64,000 nt of DNA from Camelus ferus (GCF_009834535.1 NC_045697.1:86430001-86494000), one strand, 5' to 3'. Shown: positions 1 to 14,472, counted from the first letter of the stretch. A program made the numbers and translations. Notes: a model not told the origin generated them from the sequence alone.

Positions 1-147
1 CAAAGTCCACAGTTTACATTAGGGTTTACTCTTGATGTTGTACATTCTATGGGTTTTGACAAATGCATAATGACATGTAGCCACCAATATAGTATCATAC
101 AGAATAATTTCTTTGCCCTAAAAATCCCTTGTGCTCCATCTATTCAT
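1..147 (-). mobile_element. Old L1 (L1MB/MC-type) 3' UTR fragment
   Basis: caaagtccacagtttacattaggg...gtacattctatgggttttgacaaatg resembles the recalled antisense L1MC 3' end. Confidence 0.7.
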
Positions 148-989
148 GATGTGCTTTTTAAGAGTTTTCATGATGGAGTTAAAATGCAAACTTCATAGAT
201 TTGTACTTAATCATTAATGATTATTATAATAATGCAAACATTCCTGACATTGTCTAACTTTTCATTGCTGTAACTTAAGTGCTTTCATTTATATTTTCAC
301 ACTTGATCTTTATAACGCAGGGAGAGGTACAAGGACAGGTGTGGTGAACTCATTATACCTGTGGGAAAATGGAGATGCATAGGGGTTCAGTGAGCTGGGC
401 AAGACAGTGAAGCTTTAACATCTAGAGCCAGCCCTTCAAATCCACTGCTCATTTCATTGTATCCTACTACCCATTTACTAGTCCATGATCATCTAATGAT
501 CAGATGGATTCTTTGTCTTTAATAGTCTCAGTTCTATATATTTGTGTGTCTTAACCAAAACATTTGCAGACTTAATTTTCTTTTCATGTACGTTAATTTA
601 ATCACTGCAAGTTAAAGTCTGTGATGGGTCAGTTTGCAAATTTTGTTGTGTTCATCTAGTTTTTCCCAGTCAGTTTATTCCATGCAGCATTTCCTGTTAC
701 TGGTGACTCCTTCCTCAATTCTTCCTGTTTAAAAGTCACAAACTGGCACCTTTTTTGATTGTATGAGTAACATTATTCTAATTTTTACTTATATAGAAGA
801 CTCTGAATTAAAAATTTCTTTTTTTTTTTTAATCTTTGTCAAATGATAAGGGGAGGCAAATACATTAGATTCTTACCCACCAAATACTTGTTTACTTGTT
901 TAGAAATCTATTGCTCTTTGGACTCTTACTATTATAATATTGGTTAAAAATAATGATTATGAAAATCATAGAAATAATTGCCATTTTTT

Positions 990-1170
990 TTCCATGTGCC
1001 ACATACTGCCATGTCTTTTTCATGTATGTTGTCATTTAATCCTTGGATCTATTCTGTGAAACCAGTTACTGTAATCCTATTTTACAGATGAGGAAGCAGA
1101 CATGTGTTCTCAAAAAGGTTCAAGTAACTTGCCTAGAGTGGAATGATGGTTCTGATTAAACCATCTTCCT
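990..1170 (-). mobile_element. MIR SINE
   Basis: Antisense core attttacagatgaggaagcaga...aagtaacttgcc. Confidence 0.75.
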
Positions 1171-1494
1171 TCAGGTCTTTCTTTGCCATTTGAATAGGAT
1201 GATGTACTTGTAGAAAGTCTTTAATTTCTCAGATATCTCATTTGATAATTGTATATTTATTAAGTGCTTAAAGCCCATTGATCTCTGGAAGTATAAAACA
1301 TTGGAAAAAACAGTCTTTCATTTTACTGAAAGTATAGTAAGTTTTATTTTGTGACTGATTTTTTTCCTATTTAATTTCTAATTGTTAAATGAGATAGCGG
1401 TGATAATATAAAATTATAATACTGGTTTTGGTACTTTATTAGAGGTAATTTTACTTGAATAACATATCACTTTTCTTTCTTCCTCTTTATATAG

Positions 1495-1651
1495 AGATTG
1501 TTTATGGAAGTTCTTCTTCCCACCTGATTATCAAGTTCTCAAAGTTTCTGAAATTGCACAACCTGGGAGACCAAGACAGATCCTTGCTTTTGAACTACGA
1601 ATGAATATTATTGCAGATGCTACAATTGACTTGCTGTTTACCAAAAATAGG
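1495..1651 (+). CDS. BLTP1: BLTP1 exon w1 (DCLWKFFFPPDYQVLKVSEIAQPGRPRQILAFELRMNIIADATIDLLFTKNR)
   Basis: Polypyrimidine tract + atag|A GAT; AGG|gtagtt donor; 157 nt, phase 2 to 0. Confidence 0.93.
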
Positions 1652-2025
1652 GTAGTTATTGAAATAATATAGTAGAAATAGTATTTAAAATTTAAACATT
1701 GTTTTCCAGACTGTTTTTCTGGTGACTAGTCCTGTACTTAGATTCATTTCTATGTGCTTCCCCTCTCCACTCCCCCCAATAATTATATGTGTGTTACTTT
1801 CATTAGGTGCCAAATAACAGAAAAAAGTTAGTTAATAATAATAGACTTTCATACTGTAATCTGACTTATTTTCTCCTTTATATCTGGCTAAATTGTTTTA
1901 GTATATTTTTGGTATAAATTTGAATTTTTGCTCTTAGGAACTTTTAATGCCTATTTAATATTATTGATGATTAAATTTTGTCTGTGATAAAATGTTTTAT
2001 ATTATTTAATTTTTCCTTTTGGTAG

Positions 2026-2104
2026 GAAACAAATGCTGTGCATGTAAATGTAGGAGCCGGGTCATATTTAGAAATTAATATTCCAATGACAGTTGAAGAA
2101 AACG
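2026..2104 (+). CDS. BLTP1: BLTP1 exon w2 (ETNAVHVNVGAGSYLEINIPMTVEEN)
   Basis: ggtag|GAA ... AAC G|gtaagc; 79 nt, phase 0 to 1. Confidence 0.95.
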
Positions 2105-4216
2105 GTAAGCTACAATGAGTATTTTTCTGTTTTAAATGATTAGTAGTGCAATAATTAATATATGAATAGTGTCAATCCATTTAGAAAAAAAGTAATGGGG
2201 TTTTCTTTTTCAGTTTTCTATTATATTTTGATGTGCCTGTAATTAGTAAATACTATATAATTATTCATGCACCTAGAGAGAAAGGAAAAATGTTTCACTC
2301 AAGCTAGGTCTTATTATTCTATGCTTTCATTATACCTTATACTTCTCCTTTGTAAGACTGCACATAATTTGCTTAGCATATGTTTTTCGTGTTAGTCTGT
2401 TGCTCTGTCAGAGCAGGTGCTGTGTCTTTCTTTTCACTGGTGCATAGACGTGGTGCTGAACCTAGTACCTGGCTTGTGGTCCATGGACAGTAATCGATTG
2501 ATTGACTAATAGGCTTTGTTTTAATTTATATCATTAGTAAATTTTTGTCAGAGAGTAACTGGGTACTTTGACTAGCACAACTTTAAAAAAGCAAAACATT
2601 TCCTATTTAAAATATTAAATAATGCTTTGATAGCTGTAGTTTCATCTGAACTAATATAGTCTAAATTCATTATGCTTTTGGAATTTGGGCTCTCGTACAG
2701 GTTCATCAGTAACGTAATTAAATACCTTTTGTTAAATTTATCAAAATGTTATATAACCTTCCTCATTTCTCCTTATTCTTCCCATTCCTTTACTACGTTT
2801 GTAATTGAGAGCAATCAGAATAAAATTCTGCTTCATTTATTCACTTTCTTGAGAGTACAGAGAATAGCAGCATACTTTAAAATCACTAACCAGCAATGTT
2901 ACTATTGCTAAGTATAATTATAGAGTAATGTTTATGTAATTCTTGGCTCTCTCTTCTTGTTTTCTGTCACTCATTTTGTTGCTACTGTAGCAGAAAGCAG
3001 GCAGAGGAATTGACTAGATTCATGGGCTTGCACATAAAGGTAGCAGTTGAGTTTGCCTGCTTAGATAATTAATTGAAAAAGTGACTGAGAATGGCATACA
3101 GTTTCTTTCCCTGTAACTGTGGGGCTATTTCAGTGAAGAACTAAACTTTATCTTAGCTACTTTTAAAAGAATAACCATAGTAAGTCTTGAAGCAGAGGCT
3201 TGAGATTCTCTAGGATTTGGAGTAGTCACTTGGAAAGAAGCATCTTTTAGGACAGCCTTAATTACTGATGTATAGGATCTGTACTTCTATAGGGGAAAAG
3301 GCAGTTGGGGATTGCACAAAATTGAGAGTGGTTTGGTCAAGGAAGTGCTTCTACCATTTTTAAACTGATGGTCCACCTACGAAATAATATTTGTACAATT
3401 TTCTTTGTACAATTGTTGGTGCACTGGGGTAAAGGGGCCATCTGAAGAGTAAGGGATCAACCTCTTGAGCATATATCTATGATGAATTCATGGGAAGTAC
3501 TGCAGCACACTGGTTGTGGAACTGAACGAGTGACGTTTCCAGGAAAGCCCAGACAGATTCTTAGTAAAGGTTGGGTGATTTTTAAGATGACTGTCTTCAA
3601 AGGGGAAAAATAGACTTAGGTCTTAGACGGTAACAAAATATAACTCAAATACATTTAAAACTTTTCAGAGATTCAGGTGGTTGGGAGAAAATTGCCCAGA
3701 GCAGGATACATATTGAATTAGCCATATAATAATGACCATAGCGTTACTGTTCACAGGAGGGCAGTCCATCAAGAAAAGAAGTGAAATCTCTGAATACTTC
3801 TGCTTTTATTCAGAATGGGACTGTGTTATTTGGTAACTGTCATTATGTAAGGAATAGCTGTTGTTTAGAAACTGTCATTACATAAAGAGGAGTTGAAAAT
3901 GATGGAAATATGCACTGTTGGGTCAGTGAAGGAATAGACATGGGAGCTGTCTTAAGTAGTTGCACACTATCATTTAGAAAATAGACTTGTAGTTTTGCTC
4001 TGGAGAGCAAAATCAGATAACTGTTACATGGAGATGGAACTTTTTTCCATCAGAGCTCTGTGAAGTGAAAAAGGTTACATTATTCAGGTGAATTTGATAG
4101 TGACTGATCACCATTTTTCAGGAATTCCTTCTTTGGGTGGAAGTTGTCTAGTCCAAAATTTTTAATTCTATCTATATTTTTTAGCTTCTTAATTTTTATG
4201 TTTTCACTTATTTTAG

Positions 4217-4308
4217 GTTACACCCCTGCAATTAAAGGACAGCTCTTACATGTTGACGCCACTACCAGCATGCAATACCGGACTCTTTTAGAAGCAGAAA
4301 TGTTAGCA
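4217..4308 (+). CDS. BLTP1: BLTP1 exon w3 (GYTPAIKGQLLHVDATTSMQYRTLLEAEMLA)
   Basis: ttttag|GT TAC ... GCA|gtaagt; 92 nt; within ORF 4144..4365. Confidence 0.95.
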
Positions 4309-5630
4309 GTAAGTCTAGAGTATATGGTGATATACATAATACATAAAATACAAATTTGGTTTTAATTTTTTAATAGAAAGTTTTAATGACCAGAAAGTCA
4401 TCAAATGGTCTGTCTTCTCCCTGAAGAACCACCAGGTGCTCTTGGCCCTGTTTTGGGGAAGAGGAGTAGATTCCCAGTGCTGTGGACTCCCTTTGGCATC
4501 TCTCTGTTGCTCTTCTTTTGGGGGAAATGAATAATAAGGCAATGATACATGGGTTTTTTGCCTTTTAAATTGTGGGAAGTTACTAGAATATTGTTTTTAA
4601 ACTTCATTGTATGACTAGACTAACTCTCTCCTAAGCTATAAATAAGGTAGTTTTTTATGAAATGTTTTCTGGCCCCATCAGAGTCTTTCTCAGAGCTTAA
4701 TAATTCATTGTGTTTTTACTTGGTGAATATGGTAAAAAGAAAAAACTCTTATTGAGACCCAAAATTGCTCCATATTAGACACGGAATAAATATGGAAATG
4801 TTCATGATTAAAAATTGCAGATTGGGGGCTCATTAATCAGACATATTATTTTTTATTAGGGACAACAAAAATAACAACAATAATAGTAAAAGTCACTATG
4901 TAGAATGATATTCAGAGAGAATTCTTTTATATTAGATGGTATCATTAGGTCCTTAATTGCTTGTCTAAACAAGCATATTTACATATGATATATGTACATT
5001 TAGACAGAAATTTTGCAATTACCAAGAATGTATTAGATAGTATAAATATATATTAAATTCACATATTCAGCATTTTAATGAATTCCTGAGCTCTTGCTGA
5101 TAAATAGTGCTGTGCAGTAATGCTGTTCCTGGTCAAGCAGCTCTTGCTTTTGCAAAATTGCCAGCCTTTGGCAGGTGGCATACACCACAAAGCACCATGT
5201 CAGATTTATAACTACTGTGCTGTCAATTGAGAAGCCAGGAGGCACTGGTGGCCAAACTTCTGTGTGACAGTATGCATTGCACTCCACCCTCCCTGACCCA
5301 GAGCCTCTCACTTAGCAGATTAGGTTTGGGGAAGAATTAAGGAAATTCACTGTTAGTTTATTTGTTTAGCTACAGTATCAAAACTGTAGCCTGATTTGTT
5401 CTTAAAAATTTTTGACCACATCATGGCTTAGTATTTCAAGGAGCTGGATGTAACCACGGATACTGACCTTTAGCCACAGCCATGTTAAAATCTCTAAGGG
5501 ACCTTCTGTTCAGCTCAGTAGGAAAATAAGTTTTAATTACTCACCAGTGTGAGTGAGTTCATTTCTAATGCTGTTCACACAATGTCACATTTTAGGCTGT
5601 AAACATTTTTACTTAACATTTGGTTTGCAG

Positions 5631-5748
5631 TTCCACATCAATGCCAGCTACCCCCGAATATGGAACATGCCACAGACATGGCAGTGTGAATTAGAGGTTT
5701 ATAAAGCCACCTACCACTTCATCTTTGCACAGAAGAACTTCTTTACAG
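5631..5748 (+). CDS. BLTP1: BLTP1 exon w4 (FHINASYPRIWNMPQTWQCELEVYKATYHFIFAQKNFFT)
   Basis: ttgcag|TTC ... ACA G|gtaatt; 118 nt. Confidence 0.95.
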
Positions 5749-6809
5749 GTAATTTTCTAATAAGTATATACACAATGAGTTTTATCACAATGAACTTGTT
5801 TATATTCCATAAGTTTTGCTTTTAGATTCAACATAGGGATTTGATGACACAATTCATACTTTTTTACCTCTGTACTTCTTTTGAGGTCAAGGATATCAAA
5901 GGAGAAATTTAAATATAGATATTTTGTGCTGTCTTCTAACCCAAACAAGGAAAATATGAACCCAAAATTGAGCTAGGAAGGAAGTGAAAGAACTCATCTT
6001 TGTATCAGTCTAGTCGAGGATAAGATGGGGAAGAGGAGTCAGTTCTTTCTCTTCATGAAGCCATCATCATGGCTTCATTATTTTGTTTTAATTATTGTTA
6101 ACCACCAATAGCATATTCAGGTAGTCAAATATGTTATATTTGTATTTGGAGCCCTCTTAACTCCTTTCAGTTGGTATGTATAATTGAGTTGATGCTTTCA
6201 TTAGTTGGAAAAAATTCTTTCTTGTGGCATATTATAATAGCTACTCTTATTTTATGATTATGAGAACATGTAGTCTTAGTCTCTGAATAACATAAATATT
6301 ACTACATAATATGATATTTGTTTGACTGATTGCTACATTTATCTGTTCATCCATCCACCCACCAGTTGTTTACGAGCATTCTGTGCTGAGTACTGTTAGA
6401 TATTTGAGGGTGTAGCAGTGACTAAGATAGTCACAGATAGTCCTGTCTTGACATTGCTTACTAGCAATATGATGTTGACCAAATTGCCTAATTGTTTAAG
6501 CTTCAGTTTCCTTATTTGTGAAATAGGGATAACATTTTCTAACCTAATTTTGCTATTGCTAGAGTTTTGGCCTTTATAAATATGTTCAATCATAAGCCTT
6601 TTATGTTTGTTTTTTTATTTTGATCAAGAGTCTTATCTTGGGGACTAGATAGAGTGATTCTGCATTTTTGGAGTTGCATTTATTCTTTATGGCTCAAGTC
6701 AGAATCTCTGTAGTAGAAATTTTGACAAAGTGCCTGGCAAGTTAAACTTTTCTCATTGAAGCTGAACACTGAATAAATACTACTTAATTCAGATTTATTA
6801 AAAAAAATA

Positions 6810-7030
6810 ATAGCTAAGACTTACAAGGTGTACTAGTGTTTCTCTTCTAAGTAGGTTCACATATTAAATCATTGAATCCTCTTAACTCTCTAAGGTCAAT
6901 TTTATTGTCATTATCATAATTTATAGATGAGGATAATATTACAGAGTGGTCAAGCAGTTTGTCCAGGGTTACATGACTAAGTTGGTCAGACTAGAATTCC
7001 AACTCAAGTAGTCTGGCTCAAGAATCTCTT
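6810..7030 (-). mobile_element. MIR SINE
   Basis: atttatagatgaggat...ttgtccagggttacatgactaag...gtctggctc, antisense MIR pattern. Confidence 0.7.
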
Positions 7031-10000
7031 TTTGTATAGATAGCTTCTTTGCATAGCCTTTTCCCTCTCACTTAAGATTTTGTAGTTTTTCATTTTGCTA
7101 ATCTTTTAGAATAGATTCCACCCTTTTCTTTTCTTTTAATTTTTTATGATAAATTATTCAGTTTATTTAAACCTAAAGGAAAAAACCCTGCATTTTCACG
7201 CATTCAGTTCTTTACATTGCTTTCCTCTAGAATGTCATAATCTCAGACTTTAGCAGTGCTAAGACTAGTTGGAGGATAAGTATAAATTCCTCAAGATTTC
7301 AACTTTATTTTGTAATAGCACTTTTATTTAGACTGGACATTGATTAAACAACCAAGTACACATTTCCTAAATTACAACTGTGTTTTTCCTAAATTATTTT
7401 CTTTCTCTAACTCTAATCTTTATGCTTATACCTATTGAAATTCACTTTTTAAGTAATTCTTTTCTAAAATTTGTTAGGGGAAATTTTTAAAATATGGACA
7501 GGTACAAAGCTTAAAGTCTCATCTCCAAGATTAGCAGTTGTAACATTTAGACGTATTATTTCTGAAATCTTTCTAGATTTAAAAACTTTTTTATTCTTTA
7601 AAAGGACACTGTCAGAGAATGATATTAGTTTAGCCTTGGCAAGGACATTCTTGGTCATAGTGTTTGAATTGTTTTCTCTTTTCTTAGTTTTACATTTCTC
7701 TATTGACAGACTTTTGCAGAAAATAAATTGTCTATTTGATGTGAGGGAATACCTACTATTCCTCAAGAGCCATTCTCATGCCAATTATTAGTGAGATGAA
7801 ATTGTTCTTAAGAGATTTCAATGTGGGATAAAGATAGCTTCATGATAAATAGAACATAGAGCCTCAGGAATGAAAGATACAAAACAAAGGCAGAAGTGCA
7901 GTCTTTTCTGTAGATAATGAGATTGACTTAGGTTTACTCTGATGAAGAGGAGAAGACAATATAACAGTATCGCAAAGCTTCAGTACCAACTGATGGACAT
8001 TTTATAGGGTGTTTGCCTATCAACTTAATTATAAAGTGAGTTGTAGATGGGTTTTTTTCCAGACTTACATTTAGATTACCAACTTAACTTTTAAAATTTG
8101 TTGTCTACATAAGTAAGGCAGTCATCAAGAGAGTGCTTCATTTTTCTAATAAATTTATTTGGTAAGACCGTCTGGTAATGAGAGCAGCTTTTGGTTTAAA
8201 GAGAAATACATATTGGAAATAGTTTTTGGGGTTCCTACTGAAAATAGTTTGTTACTATAATTTTTAGTGTTTATTAGTAAAGATGTTGTATAAGCTAGTA
8301 GGGAAACCATATTATGGAATATGTTAAAGTTTTAGGTAAGATATTGAAAAAAACTAGTAAGACTTGTTAAAATAGAAATTGGCTAATAACTTTATAAAAT
8401 TACATTGGTTTCCTTAGATGATTAGTAGATTATTTGAATTTGTGTTTATTAGCAATTATATCTGTCTTTTAAATAGAAATGTAAAGTAGATAAACACAAC
8501 CAATGTAAGTTGAAAGTTTCTTATGAATAATGATTCAGAACAAATAACCCATGATCTCAGCCCACAGAGAACTTAATAGGGGTATTGCTTATGGGCATTT
8601 CTTTATTTACCAGTCTCAAGTATATTGGCATGTGCACTAGACTGAGACAAATAAAATAGTACATAATAGTATTTATATATATTGAGTGCAAGCAAGAATT
8701 GTCAAGCTAACAAATGCATGTAAGACATGAATACAGAGGAAATCACTACGAACTGAAGGTAATTAGAGAAAGTAAGGAAGGATATTAAGATCTGAAATGG
8801 TCTTTGTAAATGAACTCAGTAACATTAACTAAAATTTGCATAGTATGTTTCCATAAAACATTCTAAAGCATGTTCATTTTTATCATCTTCACAACAACTC
8901 TAAAAAAGGATAGCTGTTATTGTTACCCCTGAGTTAACAGTGAGGAAATTGAAGAAACATTCAATGACTTGGGCAGACTCATGAAGCTAGTAAGTGGAAG
9001 AGACATTTAAGGACAGTTTTTTGACTGTTAGATCCTGTACTCTCTCTCTAGTATCATGCTGTTGTTAACCTTCAACAAATAGGTTACCACAGAATGTGTT
9101 TGTTAGATAGGATGAATAGTTTGAGTAAAAGTGCAGAACCAAAGGTGTTTATGAGGGAGAAAAGTAAGAAAATCAGCTTAATGAATGATGAATTTGTATG
9201 GTGTCATTGATTAACTCCAGAGATGACTTTTGGGCATCTCCCAAGTACTGAACACTGTGTTAAAGAATAAAGTTAGACAGTAGGGATGCAGTCAGGGTAG
9301 GTAGGATGGTATGTAGAAGTAAAAGTTTAGAAGTAAGCATAGATACTATGAGGTATGAGGAACTACTGTGATTGCTTGTTAAATGAAATAGAAATATATT
9401 TGAAGTAAAATTGATAAATGGAATTTTCCTTTCTGTAGTCTTAGAACAGGTTCATAGCCATATTACATTTATTGTTGATATAGTACAGCTCTACCTCTTT
9501 TTAATATTAATTTATTACAGAAATTTGATATTAAATATATTATTTTGCCATTTTATTAAGAGGAATTTCTAATATATGTACACAAGTTTCTATACATTGC
9601 AGCTAAGCTTTAAATGAGTCCATATGTTATATAGCTTCTGATTTCATTACTGAATCTATATTTTTCAGTTTAAAAATTTCCTTTAAAATTCAAAGAAAAC
9701 TACTTTAAATTTTTAATTATTTTTGCCTGTTATTTTTCATAGAATACCTGTAATAAGTGCTACCATTTGTGCAGCTCTTAACCTTGTGGCAATTTCTGTG
9801 CTAAAACTTCACGTATATCATCTAAATTCTCATAATAAGTCTGAAATTGTCCCCATTTTGTAAAGGAGAAAACTGATAGCATTTAATCATTTGTTAAAGA
9901 TTACATAACTAGTAAAATGATACAGACAAAATTTAAACCCAGGACTATCTGGTGCTAAGAGTTTATGGTATAAAAATATTACTTTCAATTGTTCTGTCTC

Positions 10001-10339
10001 TCAAAGTTCTGATTTTATATGCACAGCACTGTGTTATGTACTGTGAGTATACAGAGATGAGCTTGACACGTCTAGGAAACCATTTATTGAAGGACATTAT
10101 CACTGGGAGTACACAATGCATGCAAATGATGTGAATGCCAGAGAGAAAAGTAGAGGATAGCACCGTGATAGAACAGGGCTAACTTCTTTATATAAAGAGC
10201 TTTTGCCTGTTGAGGTTAAAAAAAAAAAGGTATAAAAGGATAAGCAGACTAAATATGTGAACACAATTTTCAAAAGCAACAAGTAAATCATACATATCAG
10301 CAATACAGTAGTAAATCAGCAAACAAGGTGATTGATTGG

Positions 10340-10448
10340 CTATAATTCTAAGAAGGCCAAGTCTTTATTCTGTTCCCATTGTATTTCCAGAGTCTAGAAC
10401 AGAGTCTGGAACACAGTAGACACTCTGTAGGTATTTGTTTCGTGAATA
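10340..10448 (+). mobile_element. L2 3' end fragment
   Basis: ttgtatttccagagtctagaacagagtctggaacacagtagacactc...tatttgtt...gaataaa, typical L2 terminus. Confidence 0.7.
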
Positions 10449-10454
10449 AAACAA

Positions 10455-11130
10455 CATGAAAAAATATTCAATCCTACTTGTAATTAAGAAATTCAATTAA
10501 GTGAGATATCATTTTTCAGTTACTGATTAGCAAGCTCCATCATCCCCCACCCCCATCAAAAAAAAAAAAAACAAACAGAAGGAGAGAGGTAGAAAGAAAT
10601 ATAATGCAGGAGCAGGTACAGTGGAATAGTTCAGCATACATTTCTAGTAGCATAAATGGATACACTACTCTTGGAAGCAGTCCTGTAATTTATAATAGCC
10701 TTGAAAAAATTCATGAACTTTGACTTAGTAAATCCCCTTCTGGAATCGAACCTGAGAAACTAATCCTGAATATGTAGAATATCTTGCATGAAAATATACA
10801 TGCTAACATTATATATAACAAAAATTTGGAAAGAGTCTAAATATCTAAGTACGGTAAATGGTTAAGTAAATCTTAGCAAATCTCTTTAATGAACATTATT
10901 AAAATTTTTGTTAATGTGCATGAAATAACATGGAAAAGTTTTGAGTTCAGTGAAAAAAAGTAGTATCTATAACATGTACATCTAGGTAGTGTAAAAAATC
11001 TACATAGGAAGGAAAAAACTAGAATGAGATAGATCCACAATGTTAGATATTTGGGAATTGGGGTATCAGGTGATTTTTTTTCTCTTTTATTTTCTAAAGT
11101 TTCTTTAAAAACATAATAGGTATATGAGAC
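10455..11130 (+). mobile_element. Degraded L1ME-type 3' fragment
   Basis: atgaaaaaatattcaatcctacttgtaattaag...gtgagatatcattttt...tttgacttagtaaatccccttctggaat resembles the L1 ORF2 end and 3' UTR. Confidence 0.6.
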
Positions 11131-11340
11131 ACATAAAAATTTAATTTGAAACTGTGATTTGTAAGTAAACATCTTTACTGTCAAATCATTTAGGTATATC
11201 TTAATCACCTCTTAATATTTCAGTATAAAAGTTCTTTTTAGTTACAGTAGAAAACTGCATTTTTGCTGTTAGAATATTTATGTTTTGTTTTCTTAATTTC
11301 AGTTAATTTTACCTTCTGTCTCCCACCCGAATAATTTTAG

Positions 11341-11496
11341 ATTTAATTCAAGACTGGTCAAGTGATAGTGCTCCAGACATTTTTTCATTTGTTCCATATA
11401 CATGGAATTTTAAAATCATGTTTCATCAATTTGAAATGATTTGGGCAGCTAATCAACACAATTGGATTGACTGTTCCACTAAACAACAGGAAAATG
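11341..11496 (+). CDS. BLTP1: BLTP1 exon w5 (DLIQDWSSDSAPDIFSFVPYTWNFKIMFHQFEMIWAANQHNWIDCSTKQQEN)
   Basis: ttttag|AT TTA ... AAT G|gtaagt; 156 nt, phase 1 to 1. Confidence 0.95.
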
Positions 11497-11768
11497 GTAA
11501 GTACTTTTTAAAAATTAGATTAAGTATTCTGTTCATTAAGACAAATACCAACAAAGAAAATTGGTATTGATTTTGTAGTTTTTACTAGATACTAGAATTT
11601 TTTTTTTCCCATTGTCTTGTGAGACTCAGAACGATTTCAGAACTTGTACTGAACTAAGCATATTATCTTTAATTTTGTTTAGGTGTGTATTTAAGGCAAT
11701 TTTTATTTAAAAAATTAAAAATTTTTTTAATTAAAAGTAAAATTTTTTTTTTCTCTTTTTTTTTGCAG

Positions 11769-11866
11769 TGTACTTGGCAGCCTGTGGGGAAACACTAAAC
11801 ATTGATTTCTCTTTGCCTTTTACGGACTTTGTTCCAGCTACATGTAATACCAAATTCTCTTTAAGA
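11769..11866 (+). CDS. BLTP1: BLTP1 exon w6 (VYLAACGETLNIDFSLPFTDFVPATCNTKFSLR)
   Basis: Long T tract + gcag|TG TAC ... AGA|gtacgt; 98 nt. Confidence 0.95.
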
Positions 11867-12832
11867 GTACGTATAATTGGATGCATTGTTTATTTCTCAA
11901 GGTTTATTAATACGTTTGATTTCCCAGTGGTTATTTTAACTCTCCTGTCCATCTTGTTGCCACCCTGAAGAATTTCAGCTTTCCTTTCCTCCATTGTTCA
12001 CTAACTTCAGTGTCACAGAATTGCTGCTGTTTCTTTTTCGTAGTTAACTGTAATGTTCTGCCATTCCCCTAAGTTTCCAAGTTCCCCTAAGAAGTTGGGC
12101 AATAATTTAAAAAGATACGTGTACCCCAGTGTTCATAGCAGCATTTTCTTTTACAGTAGCCAATATCTGCACTTACGGAATAGGAAACTAAGGAGGCAAG
12201 TTTACGTAACTTGTCATGTAGCTAGTGAGTGGCCAAGTTGAAATTTGAACCCAGGCAATATAGCTTAGGTCTCCATTCTTTTAATCATTCCACTGTGCTG
12301 CTTGTTAAGAAACCAGGCATCAAGATGAAAAGATTAGGGGACCTATAAGGAAAAAAGTGAAACTGGGTGAAGATCCTTTGATACAATTCTTAAAAGCCAG
12401 TTGAGGAACCAAGACTTACTAGAATCAAAAGAGACAATCATATTTTAAAAATCAATAAAAATACAGAACATATTCCACCTGGTCTTAGTGAGATGATTTT
12501 TTATTTTTTATTTTATTTTTTTTTCTAATTACATGTGATAAATCCAAGGATACCCATGGAAGATAACCTTTTAACTTTCCTAGAAACTAAACTATTTATT
12601 TCTCTGATTTTTTTCTTGATTATTCTAAGTAGAATTTAGTTTTAGTTAATGTAAAATCTTATTCTAGTTACTTACCAGACTCTTCTGTGTAGAAGCTGCC
12701 ATTTCAATTTTAGGTTCATTTTCTTTTGAATTTATTCACAAGATTATTATAGATAGGCTATCCTGTAAATAGTAACCTAACAAATTTATGTACCTGTTTT
12801 ATTACTTTGGGTTATTATAAACTATTTTTTAG

Positions 12833-13011
12833 GGAGAAGATGTTGATCTTCATTTGTTTCTACCAGATTGCCATCCTAGTAAATATTCATTATTTATGCT
12901 GGTAAAGAATTGCCACCCAAATAAAATGACTCATGATACTGGTATTCCTGCCGAGTGTCAGAGTGGCCAGAAAACGGTTAAACCAAAATGGCGGAACATT
13001 ACTCAAGAAAA
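12833..13011 (+). CDS. BLTP1: BLTP1 exon w7 (GEDVDLHLFLPDCHPSKYSLFML...KPKWRNITQEK)
   Basis: tttag|GGA GAA ... GAA AA|gtaagt; 179 nt. Confidence 0.95.
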
Positions 13012-13172
13012 GTAAGTACATGATATTAGTAATCTAAGTATTTTGTATAGAGAAATTACTCTTCCAGTGCTTTCAAAAAATAACAATAAAATTTGATTAT
13101 CTGTAACTGATGTCTGTATACAATTAAAGGAATAAGCACCTGACTAAAAACTTTATTTTTTACTCTTCAAAG

Positions 13173-13279
13173 GGCTGGTTGGGTTGAATGCTGGACTGTC
13201 CCAAGTGTTATGCTTACAATTGATTACACATGGCATCCAATTTATCCACAAAAAGCAGATGAACAGCTAAAACAGTCAT
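13173..13279 (+). CDS. BLTP1: BLTP1 exon w8 (AGWVECWTVPSVMLTIDYTWHPIYPQKADEQLKQS)
   Basis: caaag|G GCT ... TCA T|gtaagt; 107 nt. Confidence 0.94.
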
Positions 13280-13429
13280 GTAAGTGTTTTTGTATAATTT
13301 GTGCTTTAAAACATCTGGTGTTATAATTGGTTATCATCAGAGATACAAAAAAAGAAATTTAAAAATTTTGGAAATGTATCTGTTCTTTTGACATAATTGT
13401 ATACATTTAAAATCTTTTAAGGGTTTCGA

Positions 13430-13645
13430 TATAATTATAGCTGACTTTCATTGAGCATTTATTATATATCAAATATGAGGCCAAACTGTTTCCTGGCTTA
13501 CTTTATCTCATTTAATCCCTAAAGCAACTCCATGAGGTAGGTATTATTAATGTCATTGTAGAGTTAAGGAAAAATGCTTAGAGAAAGTAATTCTCAAGGT
13601 CTGCTGAGCTAGAAGCAGTAGAGCTGGAATATGAATCTAGGTGTA
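13430..13645 (-). mobile_element. MIR SINE
   Basis: cattgagcattt...tctcatttaatccctaaagcaactccatgaggtaggtattatt, antisense MIR. Confidence 0.75.
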
Positions 13646-14266
13646 TGTGAATCTGTATATTTAAAGTCGATTTTGTGAAATGTTAGTTTCTCTAATGCAT
13701 TTTGACAACTGTCATACTATTTATAGCTTCCCTGAGGCTTAAGTGTGTCACCTTATTGGGATCCAAAATAAAATTGAAGTCAAGTGATATTTTCTTTGTA
13801 TTTTTTTTTCCAGTGAATTTTTTTCCAGTTTTAGAGAATAGTTTTTATAACTTTCTTATATATGGAGCTTGGTAATGTCACACTGCATTTGAATAGCTGT
13901 TTATGTGAAAATAACTTTATATTTTAATGTCCAAGTATAGTTAAAGCCTAATTGTGACACAGATTTACAACATATGGCCAGAACTTGATGAGAATGTTGC
14001 CTTTTTTAAATAGGAATTTTTCATTGATTCTGTGTAGTCTGATTTATGCATTTTCATGCATATTTGAATAAAGTCCATTCTTTATTGCATTCTTAATTAT
14101 TAGTCTTTCAGCTTTGTTTTCATTATATACTATAGTTATTTTATCACTATAAGTTGCTTTCATATTTGCAAAATACAGAATTTCTTAGTGAATAGTTTTT
14201 TGAAGAACTTCTAAGAGGTGTTTTTCTCCCTCCCCCAAACATTTTTTTCCCTTCAATTTTTTCCAG

Positions 14267-14472
14267 TGTCAGAAATGGAAGAAACAATGCTCTCTGTATT
14301 AAGGCCATCCCAGAAAACAGACAGAGTTGTTTCTTCTCCCTCTGCTTCTTCACGTCCACCTATTGATCCCTCAGAACTTCCACCTGATAAACTTCATGTA
14401 GAAATGGAACTTTCTCCAGATTCTCAGATAACTCTTTATGGACCTCTATTGAATGCCTTTCTGTGTATAAAG
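14267..14472 (+). CDS. BLTP1: BLTP1 exon w9 (LSEMEETMLSVLRPSQK...YGPLLNAFLCIK)
   Basis: ttccag|TG TCA ... AAG|gtatgg; 206 nt. Confidence 0.95.
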